Assembly: GCA_947631915.1 (NCBI GenBank)
Contig: CANRNC010000004.1
Location: forward strand, 4,932-68,931
Reading direction: 5' to 3'
DNA: 64,000 nucleotides
Origin: an uncultured Clostridia bacterium
GTDB taxonomy: Bacteria; Bacillota; Clostridia; TANB77; CAG-508
The notes beneath the pieces were generated by a model, which was not told where the DNA came from, did not search any database, and was given only the letters and a program-made list of their open reading frames with translations. The position numbers were made by a program, and so were the translations under genes. This document shows, piece by piece, positions 1 to 9,246 of this stretch; within the stretch, counting starts at the first letter, position 1; each line of letters starts with the position of its first letter.

Positions 1-342
1 TTAATAATAGTATATATATTAGTTTTAGTTATATTTGCTTTAATAGCATATGCTGTGATGCAAATAAAATTAGCAGGAATGAATGTAAAAGATTTTTGGG
101 ATTTTGTACAAGCAAATCAAGTTTTGGAAAGTTTATATAAGGTTTCTAAAGAATATGATGAAATGACTCAAAAGGAACAAATAGTATTTTTAATGGAAGC
201 AGAAAAAGTATTTTCAGCATTCGATAAAGTACCTAATATTTTGTGGGAAGATGAATATCAGAAATATAGCAAAATATTAGAAATTTATAAAGATATAAAG
301 GTTTTACGATGGAATAAAGAAGTTGCCATTAGCAATAAATAA
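1..342 (+). CDS. hypothetical small protein, probably 5'-partial (hydrophobic N-terminal segment, then a helical soluble domain)
   Basis: Frame 1 has no stop from nt 1 (LIIVYILVLVIFALIAYAV...). The ORF-track start at 55 is an internal GTG. Stop TAA is at 340-342. Confidence 0.45.
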   Translation, partial: LIIVYILVLVIFALIAYAVMQIKLAGMNVKDFWDFVQANQVLESLYKVSKEYDEMTQKEQIVFLMEAEKVFSAFDKVPNILWEDEYQKYSKILEIYKDIKVLRWNKEVAISNK

Positions 343-367
343 TGGTGGCTTCTTATTTTAAAAGCTT

Positions 368-389
368 TTTACATAAAATTTACATAAAA
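368..389 (+). promoter_or_regulatory. perfect tandem 11-bp direct repeat TTTACATAAAA x2 upstream of the two-component operon; candidate OmpR-family operator and/or -35 region
   Basis: TTTACATAAAA occurs at 368-378 and again at 379-389. This gives hexamer TTTACA-N5-TTTACA, 58 nt upstream of the response-regulator start. Confidence 0.4.
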
Positions 390-446
390 AACACCAAATA
401 CATATGAATTTTCTATATAAATAATGTATAAGGAGAGGGATAAATT

Positions 447-1131
447 ATGAAAAACAATACAATATTAGTAGTTGATGATGAACAAAGAATGAGAACTTTA
501 ATTAAAGATTTTTTAGAACAAAAAGAGTATAGAATTTTACAAGCACAAGATGGTGAAGAGGCTTTAGAAATATTTAATATGGAAAAAGATACTATTTCAT
601 TAGTAATTTTGGATGTAATGATGCCAAAACTTGATGGTTGGTCTGTATTAAGACAAATAAGGCAAAACTCACAAGTACCTATTATAATGTTAACAGCAAG
701 GGGAGAAGAACAAGATGAGTTATTTGGATTTGAATTAGGTGTTGATGAATACATTTCAAAACCATTTAGCCCCAAAATTTTAGTTGCACGTGTAGATGCA
801 ATATTAAGAAGAGGAAAAATAACTAATAATTCTGATGATGATAGTGAAAAAATCCGGAATAAAAATCGACGAGAAAGCTAGAACAGTAACTGTCGATGGA
901 AAAAATATAGATATGAGCTTGAGAGAATATGAATTATTAAAATATCTATTGGATAATGTAGGAGTTGCACTTTCAAGAGATAAAATATTAAATAATGTAT
1001 GGAACTATGATTACTATGGAGATTCAAGGACAATTGATAGTCATATAAAAAAGATTAGACATAAGTTAGGAAAAAAAGGTAAATATATAAAAACCGTTAG
1101 AGGAATTGGCTATAAGTTTGAAACAAAATAA
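447..1131 (+). pseudogene. OmpR/PhoB-family response regulator split by a +1 frame disruption (receiver 447..881, winged-helix 835..1131)
   Basis: The receiver part reads ILVVDDE...LDVMMPKLDGW...LTARGEE. The wHTH part reads LREYELLKYL...VRGIGYKF and lies in the frame one nt ahead. Removing one A from the A6 run at 847-852 restores ...SDDDSEKSGIKIDEKARTV... Confidence 0.8.
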
Positions 1132-1151
1132 ATATGAAGGGAATATAAAAG

Positions 1152-2618
1152 ATGAAAAGCAGAATGAATTCTATAAGAACAAGACTATTTCTAACATTAA
1201 GTATAACAATTATCGTAATAATAGTACTTTTTATAATAGTAAATAACATAATATTAGAAAAATTTTATATGTATTCAAAACAAAATAGCCTATTGGAAGC
1301 ATATAGAACTATAAATATGTTTTATAATAGCGAGGAACAAAGTGATATAGAACCAAAATTACAAGAGCTTGAAGTAAATTATAATTTTGAGATTTTAATT
1401 ACAACATCATATAATACAACAGTCTATATATCAAATAATGATTTTGCTCCTAATTATATGAATATAATTGTAAAGAGAGAATTTTTACATAATGCAAGCA
1501 CAATATATCCAGAAGAAAAGATAGCAATTAATCAATCGCAAGATATTACTACGGGATATAAATTTATATACTTAACATCAACATTAGACAATGGATATAA
1601 GTTATATATAAGAGTTCCTATAGCATCAATAACAGAAAGTGTAAAAATTTCTAATAGTATATTACAATTAATAGGAGCTTTTACAATTATTATAAGTGGA
1701 GTGGTTGTAGTAATTATTTGTAAAAAATTTACAGAGCCTATCTTACAATTAAATGAAGTCGCACAAAAGATGTCTAAATTAGACTTTAGTACAAAATATA
1801 AAGAGACCAATACCAATAACGAGATAGACAATTTAGGAAAAAGTATAAATGTAATGTCAAATACAATGGAAAAGACTATCAAGCAATTAAGAAATACTAA
1901 TATAGAATTAGAGAAAGATATTGAAGAAAAATCTAAAACTGATGAGATGAGAAAGCAGTTTATCTCAGATGTATCACATGAATTAAAAACGCCAATAGCA
2001 TTAATACAAGGTTATGCAGAAGGATTAGTTGAAAATGTTGCAAAAGATGAAGAAAGTAGAAAGTTTTATGCAGAAGTAATACTAGATGAAACTAATAAAA
2101 TGGATATTTTAGTACGAAAGCTTTTAGAGCTGATAAAAATAGAGTATGGATCATTAGAGTTTAATAATTCGGAGTTTGATTTAACAGAACTAATATCTGA
2201 AACGATAAGAAAGTCACAAGTAATTATTAATGAAAAAAGTATTAATATTGTTTATAATAAAGAAGAAAAAGTTAATGTATATGCGGATGAATTTTATATT
2301 GAACAAATAGTAAGTAATTATTTTACAAATGCTATAAAAAATGCAAAGGAAGTAAATGGAAAAAAAGAAATTATAATAAGTATACAGAAACAAGATGAAA
2401 ATACAAGGGTATCAGTATTTAATACAGGAGATAATATAAAAGAAGAAGATCTAGAAAGAATTTGGAAGAGATTTTATAAAGTTGATGAATCCAGAAATAG
2501 GCAGGATGGAGGAACTGGCATAGGTCTAGCACTAGTAAAAGCAATAATGGAGAGAACAGGTCATAAATATGGTGTAGAGAATAAAGAAGATGGGGTAGAA
2601 TTCTATTTTGAAATTTAA
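1152..2618 (+). CDS. sensor histidine kinase (2 TM, extracytoplasmic loop, HAMP, HisKA, HATPase_c)
   Basis: H-box is FISDVSHELKTPIA, N-box YFTNAIKNA, G-box GGTGIGLALVKAI. It starts 21 nt after the response regulator. Confidence 0.9.
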   Translation: MKSRMNSIRTRLFLTLSITIIVIIVLFIIVNNIILEKFYMYSKQNSLLEAYRTINMFYNSEEQSDIEPKLQELEVNYNFEILITTSYNTTVYISNNDFAPNYMNIIVKREFLHNASTIYPEEKIAINQSQDITTGYKFIYLTSTLDNGYKLYIRVPIASITESVKISNSILQLIGAFTIIISGVVVVIICKKFTEPILQLNEVAQKMSKLDFSTKYKETNTNNEIDNLGKSINVMSNTMEKTIKQLRNTNIELEKDIEEKSKTDEMRKQFISDVSHELKTPIALIQGYAEGLVENVAKDEESRKFYAEVILDETNKMDILVRKLLELIKIEYGSLEFNNSEFDLTELISETIRKSQVIINEKSINIVYNKEEKVNVYADEFYIEQIVSNYFTNAIKNAKEVNGKKEIIISIQKQDENTRVSVFNTGDNIKEEDLERIWKRFYKVDESRNRQDGGTGIGLALVKAIMERTGHKYGVENKEDGVEFYFEI

Positions 2619-2641
2619 TTTGTAAAAAATTGAAAAAAATG

Positions 2642-2670
2642 TTGACAAAAAAAAACTAATAGTATATATT
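2642..2670 (+). promoter_or_regulatory. sigma-A type promoter for recA (TTGACA-17-TATATT)
   Basis: TTGACA at 2642-2647, 17-nt spacer, TATATT at 2665-2670. Confidence 0.55.
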
Positions 2671-2675
2671 AAAAA

Positions 2676-2689
2676 CAAACATACGTTTT
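2676..2689 (+). promoter_or_regulatory. degenerate LexA/Cheo-type SOS box (CAAACATACGTTTT)
   Basis: The palindromic core AAAC-N4-GTTT lies immediately downstream of the -10. It resembles the Firmicute consensus CGAAC-N4-GTTCG at most positions. Confidence 0.4.
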
Positions 2690-2716
2690 AAATTTAGTTG
2701 AAGGGAATGAATTTTA

Positions 2717-3769
2717 ATGAGTGAAACAAATAATGAAAGAAAAAAAGCATTGGAAATGGCAATGGGACAGATAGAGAAACAATTTGGAAAAGGTTCTGTA
2801 ATGAAATTGGGAGATTTTAAAGCTATGGAAGTAGAAGCAATTTCTACAGGAGCATTAAGTCTAGATATTGCTTTAGGAATAGGAGGAGTTCCAAGAGGAA
2901 GAATTATAGAAATATATGGACCAGAATCTTCAGGAAAAACAACTTTAGCTTTACATGTAATAGCAGAAGCACAAAAAGAAAATGGTGAAGTAGCATTTAT
3001 AGATGCAGAACATGCATTAGATCCAGTATATGCAAAACATCTAGGAGTAGATATAGATAATTTAATAGTGTCACAACCAGATACAGGAGAACAAGCATTA
3101 GAAATAACAGAGGCACTAATTAGAAGTGGTGCATTAGATGTAATCGTTGTAGACTCTGTAGCAGCATTAGTTCCAAAAGCAGAAATAGACGGAGATATGG
3201 GAGATTCACACATTGGTTTACAAGCAAGACTTATGTCTCAAGCCTTAAGAAAATTAGCTGGAGCAGTAAATAAATCAAAAACAGTTATAATATTTATTAA
3301 TCAATTAAGAGAAAAAGTTGGAGTAATGTTTGGAAATCCTGAAACGACAACAGGTGGTAGAGCATTAAAATACTATGCTTCTGTACGATTAGATATAAGA
3401 AAAGTTGAAAATATAAAACAAGATGGAGAAGTTATAGGAAATAGAGCAAGAGTTAAGGTTGTAAAGAACAAAGTAGCACCACCATTTAGAGAAGCTGAAT
3501 TTGATATTTTATATGGAAAAGGTATTTCAAGAGAAGGTAATATATTAGATTTAGCTGTAAATCTTGATATAATAGAAAAAAGTGGTTCTTGGTTTAGTTA
3601 CAATGGAGAAAAGATTGCACAAGGTAGAGAAAATACAAAGAAATATCTTGAGGAAAATCCAGATATAACAAACGAGATTGAAAAGAAAGTAAGGGATAAT
3701 TTTAATAAAGCATTTGAAAATAGTTTAACAAATGAAGAAGAAAAAGAAGAAGACGATGATGAAGAATAA
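2717..3769 (+). CDS. recA: recombinase RecA
   Basis: 350 aa. Walker [10 protein letters not shown], Walker [14 protein letters not shown]2 region [20 protein letters not shown], acidic C-terminal tail. Confidence 0.97.
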   Translation: MSETNNERKKALEMAMGQIEKQFGKGSVMKLGDFKAMEVEAISTGALSLDIALGIGGVPRGRIIEIYGPESSGKTTLALHVIAEAQKENGEVAFIDAEHALDPVYAKHLGVDIDNLIVSQPDTGEQALEITEALIRSGALDVIVVDSVAALVPKAEIDGDMGDSHIGLQARLMSQALRKLAGAVNKSKTVIIFINQLREKVGVMFGNPETTTGGRALKYYASVRLDIRKVENIKQDGEVIGNRARVKVVKNKVAPPFREAEFDILYGKGISREGNILDLAVNLDIIEKSGSWFSYNGEKIAQGRENTKKYLEENPDITNEIEKKVRDNFNKAFENSLTNEEEKEEDDDEE

Positions 3770-3773
3770 TTAT

Positions 3774-3805
3774 AGGGGCACATTAAGTAGTGCTCCTTTT
3801 TATTT
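3774..3805 (+). terminator. rho-independent terminator after recA
   Basis: Stem AGGGGCAC / GTGCTCCT followed by a T-run. Confidence 0.8.
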
Positions 3806-3858
3806 AATATTTTGAGTATAGAAGCATAATTTATGCACTAATTGCTTGATTTTAAAGC

Positions 3859-3898
3859 AATATTATTATATAATATAAAATATTATTATATAATATAA
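3859..3898 (+). repeat. perfect 20-nt tandem duplication AATATTATTATATAATATAA x2 in the lysS upstream region
   Basis: Units at 3859-3878 and 3879-3898 are identical. Each contains a TATAAT-like hexamer. Confidence 0.85.
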
Positions 3899-3946
3899 GG
3901 ATTCTAACCCCCTTATATTATTTGGTCAGAAGGGAAACGTGATAAT

Positions 3947-6088
3947 ATGAGCGAACAAAATAATAATGTGGAACAAGAAGTAGATGAAAATCATCTAATA
4001 CAAATTAGAAAAGAAAAATTATTACAGTTACAGCAAAATGGACAAGACCCATTTTCAATAACTAAATATGATAGAACACATACAAGTAAACAAATAAAAG
4101 ATAATTATAATGAATTAGAAGGAAAAGATGTAAGTATAGCTGGAAGAATAATGGCAAAAAGAATAATGGGAAAAGCATCTTTTTGTACATTGCAAGATAG
4201 TGAAGGTAGAATACAAAGCTATGTAAGTATAAATGATTTAGGGGAAGAAACTTACAAAGCTTTTAAAACATGGGATATTGGTGATATTATTGGAATAAAA
4301 GGTTTTGTATTTAAAACAAAGACAGAGGAAATATCAATTCATGCTAAAGAAGCTATCTTACTTACAAAATCATTAAGACCATTACCAGAGAAATTCCATG
4401 GGTTAAAAAATGAAGATTTAAGATATAGACAAAGATATGTTGATTTAATAGTAAATCCAGAAGTAAAAGAAACTTTTATTTTAAGAAGCAAAATTTTAAA
4501 AGAAATAAGAAACTTTATGGATGAAAAAGGTTATATGGAAGTAGAAACCCCTATGCTTACAACTGTAGCAACAGGAGATGCTGCCAGACCTTTTGTTACA
4601 CATCATAATACTCTTGATTTGCAAATGTATTTAAGAATTGCACCAGAATTAAACTTAAAAAGATTAATAGTTGGTGGATTTGATAAAGTATATGAAATTG
4701 GTAAAAACTTTAGAAATGAAGGAATGGATATAAAACATAACCCTGAATTTACAGTTATGGAATTTTATTCAGCTTATGAAGATTATAATGATATGATGAA
4801 CATGGCAGAGCAATTAATTTCTACAGTTGCTAAAAATGCTTTAGGAACAACAAAAATCAATTATCAAGGAACAGATATCGATTTAACTCCATCATGGAGA
4901 AGAGTTACTATGATAGATGCAATTAAAGAAGTAACAGGAGTTGATTTTAATACAATCAAGACAGACGAAGAAGCACAAGAAATGGCAAAAGAAAAAGGTG
5001 TAGAATATGATGATATAAAGAATACTAGAGGACATATTATAAATGAATTCTTTGATACATTTGTTGAAGAAACATTAATTCAACCAACCTTTATTATGGA
5101 TTATCCAGTTGAAGTATCACCACTTACAAAAAGAAAGAAAGATAATCCAAGTCTAGTTGAAAGATTTGAATTATTTATTGGTGGAAGAGAATATGGAAAT
5201 GCTTATTCAGAATTAAATGATCCAATAGACCAATATGAAAGATTTATGAAACAAGTAGAAGCAAAAGAAAAAGGTGATGAAGAAGCAGGAGGAATGGATG
5301 AAGACTTTGTTAATGCTCTAGAAATTGGTTTACCACCTACAGGAGGAATGGGAATTGGATTAGATAGATTAATAATGTTATTAACAAATGTATCTTCAAT
5401 TAGAGATATATTATTTTTCCCAACAATGAAACCACTTGGTGCAACAAGCGAAAATAAAGCCAAGAAAAATGAAAATGAAGTAAAAAATGTAAGTAAGAGT
5501 AAGAAAGTTGATTTAAAAATAAATAGAGGAGATGCTATTAATTTATTAAAGAAATATAATAAAGACGAATTTCATATTAGACATGCTTTTACAGTTGAAC
5601 AAATAATGAGATATTTTGCTAGAAAATATAATGAAGATGAAGAATTATGGGGATTAGTAGGATTACTACATGACATTGATTATGAAATGTATCCAGAAGA
5701 ACATTGCAAAAAAGCACCTGAACTATTGAGGGAGATTAACGCAAATGATGAAATAATTCATGGTGTTTGTAGTCATGCTTATGGAGTATGTTCAGATGTT
5801 GTACCAGAAGATAAAATGGAGAAGATATTATTTGCTATAGATGAATTATCAGGACTAATTTGGGCTGCTGCAAAAATGAGACCATCACAAAGTACAAAAG
5901 ATATGGAATTAAAAAGTTTAAAGAAGAAATATAAGGATCTAAAATTTGCAGCAGGTTGTTCTAGAGATATAATTGCTCGTGGAGCTGAACAATTAGGTTG
6001 GGAATTAGATGAATTATTGCAAGCTACACTTGATGCAATGAAAGAAGTAGAAGATGAAATACAAAAAAGCGTTGAAGAAAATGCTTAA
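3947..6088 (+). CDS. lysS: lysine--tRNA ligase (class II) fused in frame to a C-terminal HD-superfamily phosphohydrolase domain
   Basis: 713 aa. Class II motifs are [15 protein letters not shown] and [14 protein letters not shown], and the core ends ...ILFFPTMKP near nt 5436. A K/N-rich linker follows, then an HD domain ([32 protein letters not shown]). Confidence 0.93.
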   Translation: MSEQNNNVEQEVDENHLIQIRKEKLLQLQQNGQDPFSITKYDRTHTSKQIKDNYNELEGKDVSIAGRIMAKRIMGKASFCTLQDSEGRIQSYVSINDLGEETYKAFKTWDIGDIIGIKGFVFKTKTEEISIHAKEAILLTKSLRPLPEKFHGLKNEDLRYRQRYVDLIVNPEVKETFILRSKILKEIRNFMDEKGYMEVETPMLTTVATGDAARPFVTHHNTLDLQMYLRIAPELNLKRLIVGGFDKVYEIGKNFRNEGMDIKHNPEFTVMEFYSAYEDYNDMMNMAEQLISTVAKNALGTTKINYQGTDIDLTPSWRRVTMIDAIKEVTGVDFNTIKTDEEAQEMAKEKGVEYDDIKNTRGHIINEFFDTFVEETLIQPTFIMDYPVEVSPLTKRKKDNPSLVERFELFIGGREYGNAYSELNDPIDQYERFMKQVEAKEKGDEEAGGMDEDFVNALEIGLPPTGGMGIGLDRLIMLLTNVSSIRDILFFPTMKPLGATSENKAKKNENEVKNVSKSKKVDLKINRGDAINLLKKYNKDEFHIRHAFTVEQIMRYFARKYNEDEELWGLVGLLHDIDYEMYPEEHCKKAPELLREINANDEIIHGVCSHAYGVCSDVVPEDKMEKILFAIDELSGLIWAAAKMRPSQSTKDMELKSLKKKYKDLKFAAGCSRDIIARGAEQLGWELDELLQATLDAMKEVEDEIQKSVEENA

Positions 6089-6280
6089 TATTAATAATAA
6101 AATATGTAAATAATTTAATTATACATATGTTTCAAGAGAAGGATTATTTCATATATTTTCAATTTTAGCATAAAAGTTAAAGTAAGTTATTTTTAATCTA
6201 TTATAAAATATGAAGTTTGAAAGAGCATTATCTGAAAACATAATTGCTTGTTTAGCTGAACCAAAAGTTTAAATAATAAT

Positions 6281-6312
6281 AAAAAGTGTAGACCAATCTA
6301 CACTTTTTATTA
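6281..6312. terminator. bidirectional terminator between convergent lysS and the 6335..7114 gene
   Basis: AAAAAGTGTAGA-CCAA-TCTACACTTTTT, with A/T runs on both sides. Confidence 0.8.
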
Positions 6313-6334
6313 TTTAGATATGTTTTTGTATAGA

Positions 6335-7114
6335 TTATTTACCTTTAAAGAATGCTTGTGTATGTGATGAAGTGCCTAAAACAATTAAGTAATCTGTGCA
6401 TCCAATAGGCAATTGAACAGCAAACTGTCCATTTGCAATATTTTCTTTAGTAGTTCCAGAAGTCATATTTGTTGTAGATATAATATAAGTATTACCATTG
6501 TATTTTACGGCAGAACTATTTCCAGTACCGGTAACTTTTGAATCAACTTTTATAGTCTTATCTCCAGAAGATGAAGGCGCTTTGAAATTTGACAAATCTA
6601 CTGTATAATCTACAACTGCCCATTCCATATCATCATCTGGTTCAGAATATTTATAAATCGAAGAACCTGTATTACAAAAATCTTTTACCATTTGAGTAGC
6701 AGAGTCACCTCTTGTTACATTTGTAACTTTTACAGGAACATCTGTATAATTACCTGAACCATATTTTGAAGCAATTCCCCATTCGCCAATAGATAAAGGA
6801 CTAGAATTTGATGATGATTTACCTGTTACAGAATTTGTTTGTGATGAAGATGTATTTTGTTGAGAATCGTCATTACTATTGGTATTATTTGTTGCACTTG
6901 AATCTTTTTTGAAAGTACTGTCATTAGAGTTAATAGTCTGTTCATCTGTAGCAGATGATGTTTGTTGTTGAGCTGTATTATGAACTGTAGACGAAAAAGA
7001 ATTACTATCTTTATTATTGCTATATATTATAAACGCAATCATACATAAAATTAAAGCGAAAATTATAACTGTAATTATAATAATAGCTGTTAGACTTATG
7101 TTTTTTTCTTCCAT
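6335..7114 (-). CDS. membrane-anchored extracytoplasmic protein with a Ser/Thr/Asn-rich linker and a beta-rich C-terminal domain
   Basis: Start chosen at MEEKNISL, which has GGAGG 10 nt upstream; the ORF-track start at 7135 overlaps the RBS. It has a single N-terminal TM and a low-complexity S/T/N/Q stretch. Confidence 0.6.
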   Translation of the reverse strand: MEEKNISLTAIIIITVIIFALILCMIAFIIYSNNKDSNSFSSTVHNTAQQQTSSATDEQTINSNDSTFKKDSSATNNTNSNDDSQQNTSSSQTNSVTGKSSSNSSPLSIGEWGIASKYGSGNYTDVPVKVTNVTRGDSATQMVKDFCNTGSSIYKYSEPDDDMEWAVVDYTVDLSNFKAPSSSGDKTIKVDSKVTGTGNSSAVKYNGNTYIISTTNMTSGTTKENIANGQFAVQLPIGCTDYLIVLGTSSHTQAFFKGK

Positions 7115-7250
7115 TGATATTTTTCCTCCTTTCATTAGTAATTATTTTTAGATTTTATATTAAAATAAAAAAATATCAATGTGTTTTTAACATACTTTTA
7201 AGACATTATCTATGGAGGCAGATGTAAGTGCTTTATGTTTATATATAAAA

Positions 7251-7279
7251 TTGAAATTGACATAATAATATGATATAAT
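7251..7279 (+). promoter_or_regulatory. sigma-A promoter with extended -10 (TTGAAA-17-TGaTATAAT) for the first ftsH paralogue
   Basis: TTGAAA at 7251-7256, TG at 7271-7272, TATAAT at 7274-7279. Confidence 0.55.
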
Positions 7280-7366
7280 ATATATAGCATTTAGCACATT
7301 GAAAATTTATAGAACGACAAACAAGCTCTAAAAATTAAAAAAATCAATATGAAGGAGACAATAAAA

Positions 7367-9169
7367 ATGAAAGAAATTTATAAGAATGTAGGGGCAGTTA
7401 TTATAACAGTTGAGCTACTCATAGCAATGTATTGCTATATTTTCATTCCATTTATTCCCATAAATACCATGGAATATGGAGTTTTACTTAACATCATTAA
7501 ACAAAAAACAGTTGATTCTATTACTGTAGATAAAAATTCAGAATATGTTACAGTTACACTAAAAGATATTTCTGATAGTCCTAGTAACCAATACAAAGTA
7601 CAAATAGCCGATCAATATTATTTAAAAGGGCTTGCGGAAGAAAATGATATTAAAATTATCGAAAAGCAACGGATACTTCCAACTTCTCCATATTTAAGAG
7701 TGGCTATAATATTTTTACTGTTTGTATTAATAAACATTTTTTATTTTCTATACAAACGAAAAAAAGATACAATAGTAAAAGTTATTGGAGATACAGCGTC
7801 AGGTAAAGCAGAAGAGATACAAAATCCAAATGTTACTTTTGAAGATGTTGCAGGACTTGATGAGGAAAAAAATGAACTCATTGAAATTGTGGACTTTCTA
7901 AAATATCCAGAAAGATACACCAAATTAGGTGCAAAGGTTCCAAGAGGTATATTACTTGATGGAAAACCAGGTACTGGTAAAACTTTGCTTGCAAAAGCTG
8001 TTGCTGGAGAGGCTGGTGTAACATTCATTACAGCATCTGGATCTGAATTCATTAATAAATATATTGGTGTTGGTGCCGATAATGTAAAGAAAATGTTTAA
8101 GAGAGCAAGAGAAGAAGCTCCATGCATTATATTTATTGATGAAATAGACGCAATTGGTGTAAAACGTTCTGATGAAAACAATGGAGGAGATAGTGAGAGA
8201 AATCAAACTATTGACCAGCTTTTAACAGAACTTGATGGATTTAGAAGCAGAAACGATATAATTATTTTAGCTGCGACTAATCATCCAGATATTCTGGATC
8301 CTGCACTTACAAGACCAGGAAGATTTGACAGAACTATTCATATTGGATTACCAGATGTTTCAGCAAGAACAGAAATACTTAAACTTCATGCCAAAAATAA
8401 ACCTCTTTTTGAAGATGTCAGATTGGATGAAATTGCAAAGAATACAGCAGGTTTTTCTGGAGCTGAACTCGAAAACTTATTGAATGAATCAGCTATTCAT
8501 GCTGCAAGACACCAACATGAGGCTATTTCTAATGAAGATATAAGTGAAGCTTTCAAGAAAATTACCGTGGGTATTAAAAAGAAAGGACGTATTATATCCG
8601 AAGAAGAAAAAAAGATAACTGCTATTCATGAGGCTGGTCATTCAGTAGTAAGTATGTTTATGCCATCCGAAGCCAAAATTAAGGAAGTATCTATAATTCC
8701 ACATGGTAAAGCTGGTGGATATACGTGGAGTGATAAGGCAGAAGATAAACAATACACTAGTAAAAATGAAATCATGGAAAGACTATCAGTTTTGATGGCG
8801 GGGCGTGCTGCAGAACAAGTTGTTATTGGTGATATCTCAACAGGGGCTACTATGGACATTGAAACAGCAACTCAAATTGCAACAAATATGGTTTCAATTT
8901 ATGGAATGGATTCAGAGGTTGGACCTATTTCTATAAAGAGTATTGATATACAAGGAATGAAAATTGTAAGCGATAAAACTCTAGATACTATTGGAGGAAG
9001 AATTACTAATATAGTGAAGGAAGCAGAAAATAATGCAATAAGTATAATAATTAAACACCGGGTATTATTAGATCAAGTGGTAGAATTATTGCTAGAGAAG
9101 GAAACTATAACCGGTGAAGATATTCAAAAAATCTATGATCAATATATTTTAGAAGCTAATGCAAAATAA
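7367..9169 (+). CDS. ftsH: FtsH-family AAA+ zinc metalloprotease, divergent paralogue
   Basis: Walker A GKPGTGKT, Walker B IIFIDEID, SRH ATNHPDILDPALTRPGRFDR, zinc site HEAGH, two N-terminal TM helices. Start taken at MKEIYK (AAGGAGA 7 nt upstream); the ORF-track alternative is 7349. Confidence 0.9.
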   Translation: MKEIYKNVGAVIITVELLIAMYCYIFIPFIPINTMEYGVLLNIIKQKTVDSITVDKNSEYVTVTLKDISDSPSNQYKVQIADQYYLKGLAEENDIKIIEKQRILPTSPYLRVAIIFLLFVLINIFYFLYKRKKDTIVKVIGDTASGKAEEIQNPNVTFEDVAGLDEEKNELIEIVDFLKYPERYTKLGAKVPRGILLDGKPGTGKTLLAKAVAGEAGVTFITASGSEFINKYIGVGADNVKKMFKRAREEAPCIIFIDEIDAIGVKRSDENNGGDSERNQTIDQLLTELDGFRSRNDIIILAATNHPDILDPALTRPGRFDRTIHIGLPDVSARTEILKLHAKNKPLFEDVRLDEIAKNTAGFSGAELENLLNESAIHAARHQHEAISNEDISEAFKKITVGIKKKGRIISEEEKKITAIHEAGHSVVSMFMPSEAKIKEVSIIPHGKAGGYTWSDKAEDKQYTSKNEIMERLSVLMAGRAAEQVVIGDISTGATMDIETATQIATNMVSIYGMDSEVGPISIKSIDIQGMKIVSDKTLDTIGGRITNIVKEAENNAISIIIKHRVLLDQVVELLLEKETITGEDIQKIYDQYILEANAK

Positions 9170-9217
9170 GTCGTTCTATAAAGCCAACTATGCAATACAA
9201 AGTTTGGCTATGTACAA

Positions 9218-9246
9218 CCCCCTAGATATTTTCTAGGGGGTTTGTC
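9218..9246 (+). terminator. rho-independent terminator after the first ftsH paralogue
   Basis: CCCCCTAGA-TATTT-TCTAGGGGG followed by TTT. Confidence 0.8.

Noticed and set aside
855-857. Programmed +1 frameshifting at a hungry or unassigned CGG codon. Both disrupted genes have C-CGG-A at the shift region (855-857 and 60177-60179).
   Set aside because: CGG is read in frame as Arg in apparently intact genes (7670-7672 and 9059-9061 in ftsH, 19996-19998, 51179-51181). The CGG triplets may only appear because an NNC-GGA pair is being read out of frame after an indel. I keep this only as a footnote to the frameshift findings.
2656-3213. 185-aa ORF antisense to recA. Similar long antisense ORFs occur at 413..775, 7741..8181, 17389..17814, 18381..18941, 29989..30423, 31120..31602, 47199..47738 and 61783..62292.
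   Set aside because: Each lies entirely inside a well-supported gene on the opposite strand. They are Ser/Ile/Phe/Leu-rich low-complexity translations typical of the shadow frame of GAA/AAA-rich coding sequence, and they lack RBS signals.
3806-3946. Possible T-box leader upstream of lysS. The 78-nt cysS upstream region (27180-27257) was checked as well.
   Set aside because: Neither region has a T-box sequence (no ...GGTGGTACCGCG-like element), a specifier-loop architecture or a terminator/antiterminator pair. The regions are too short and too AT-rich.
6210-6272. 20-aa ORF (MKFERALSENIIACLAEPKV) in the lysS downstream spacer.
   Set aside because: It has no RBS and no promoter, and it ends just before the bidirectional terminator. 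It is most likely fortuitous.
7349-7366. Upstream ATG start for the first ftsH paralogue.
   Set aside because: That ATG is part of the AAGGAGA Shine-Dalgarno sequence that is optimally spaced for the ATG at 7367.
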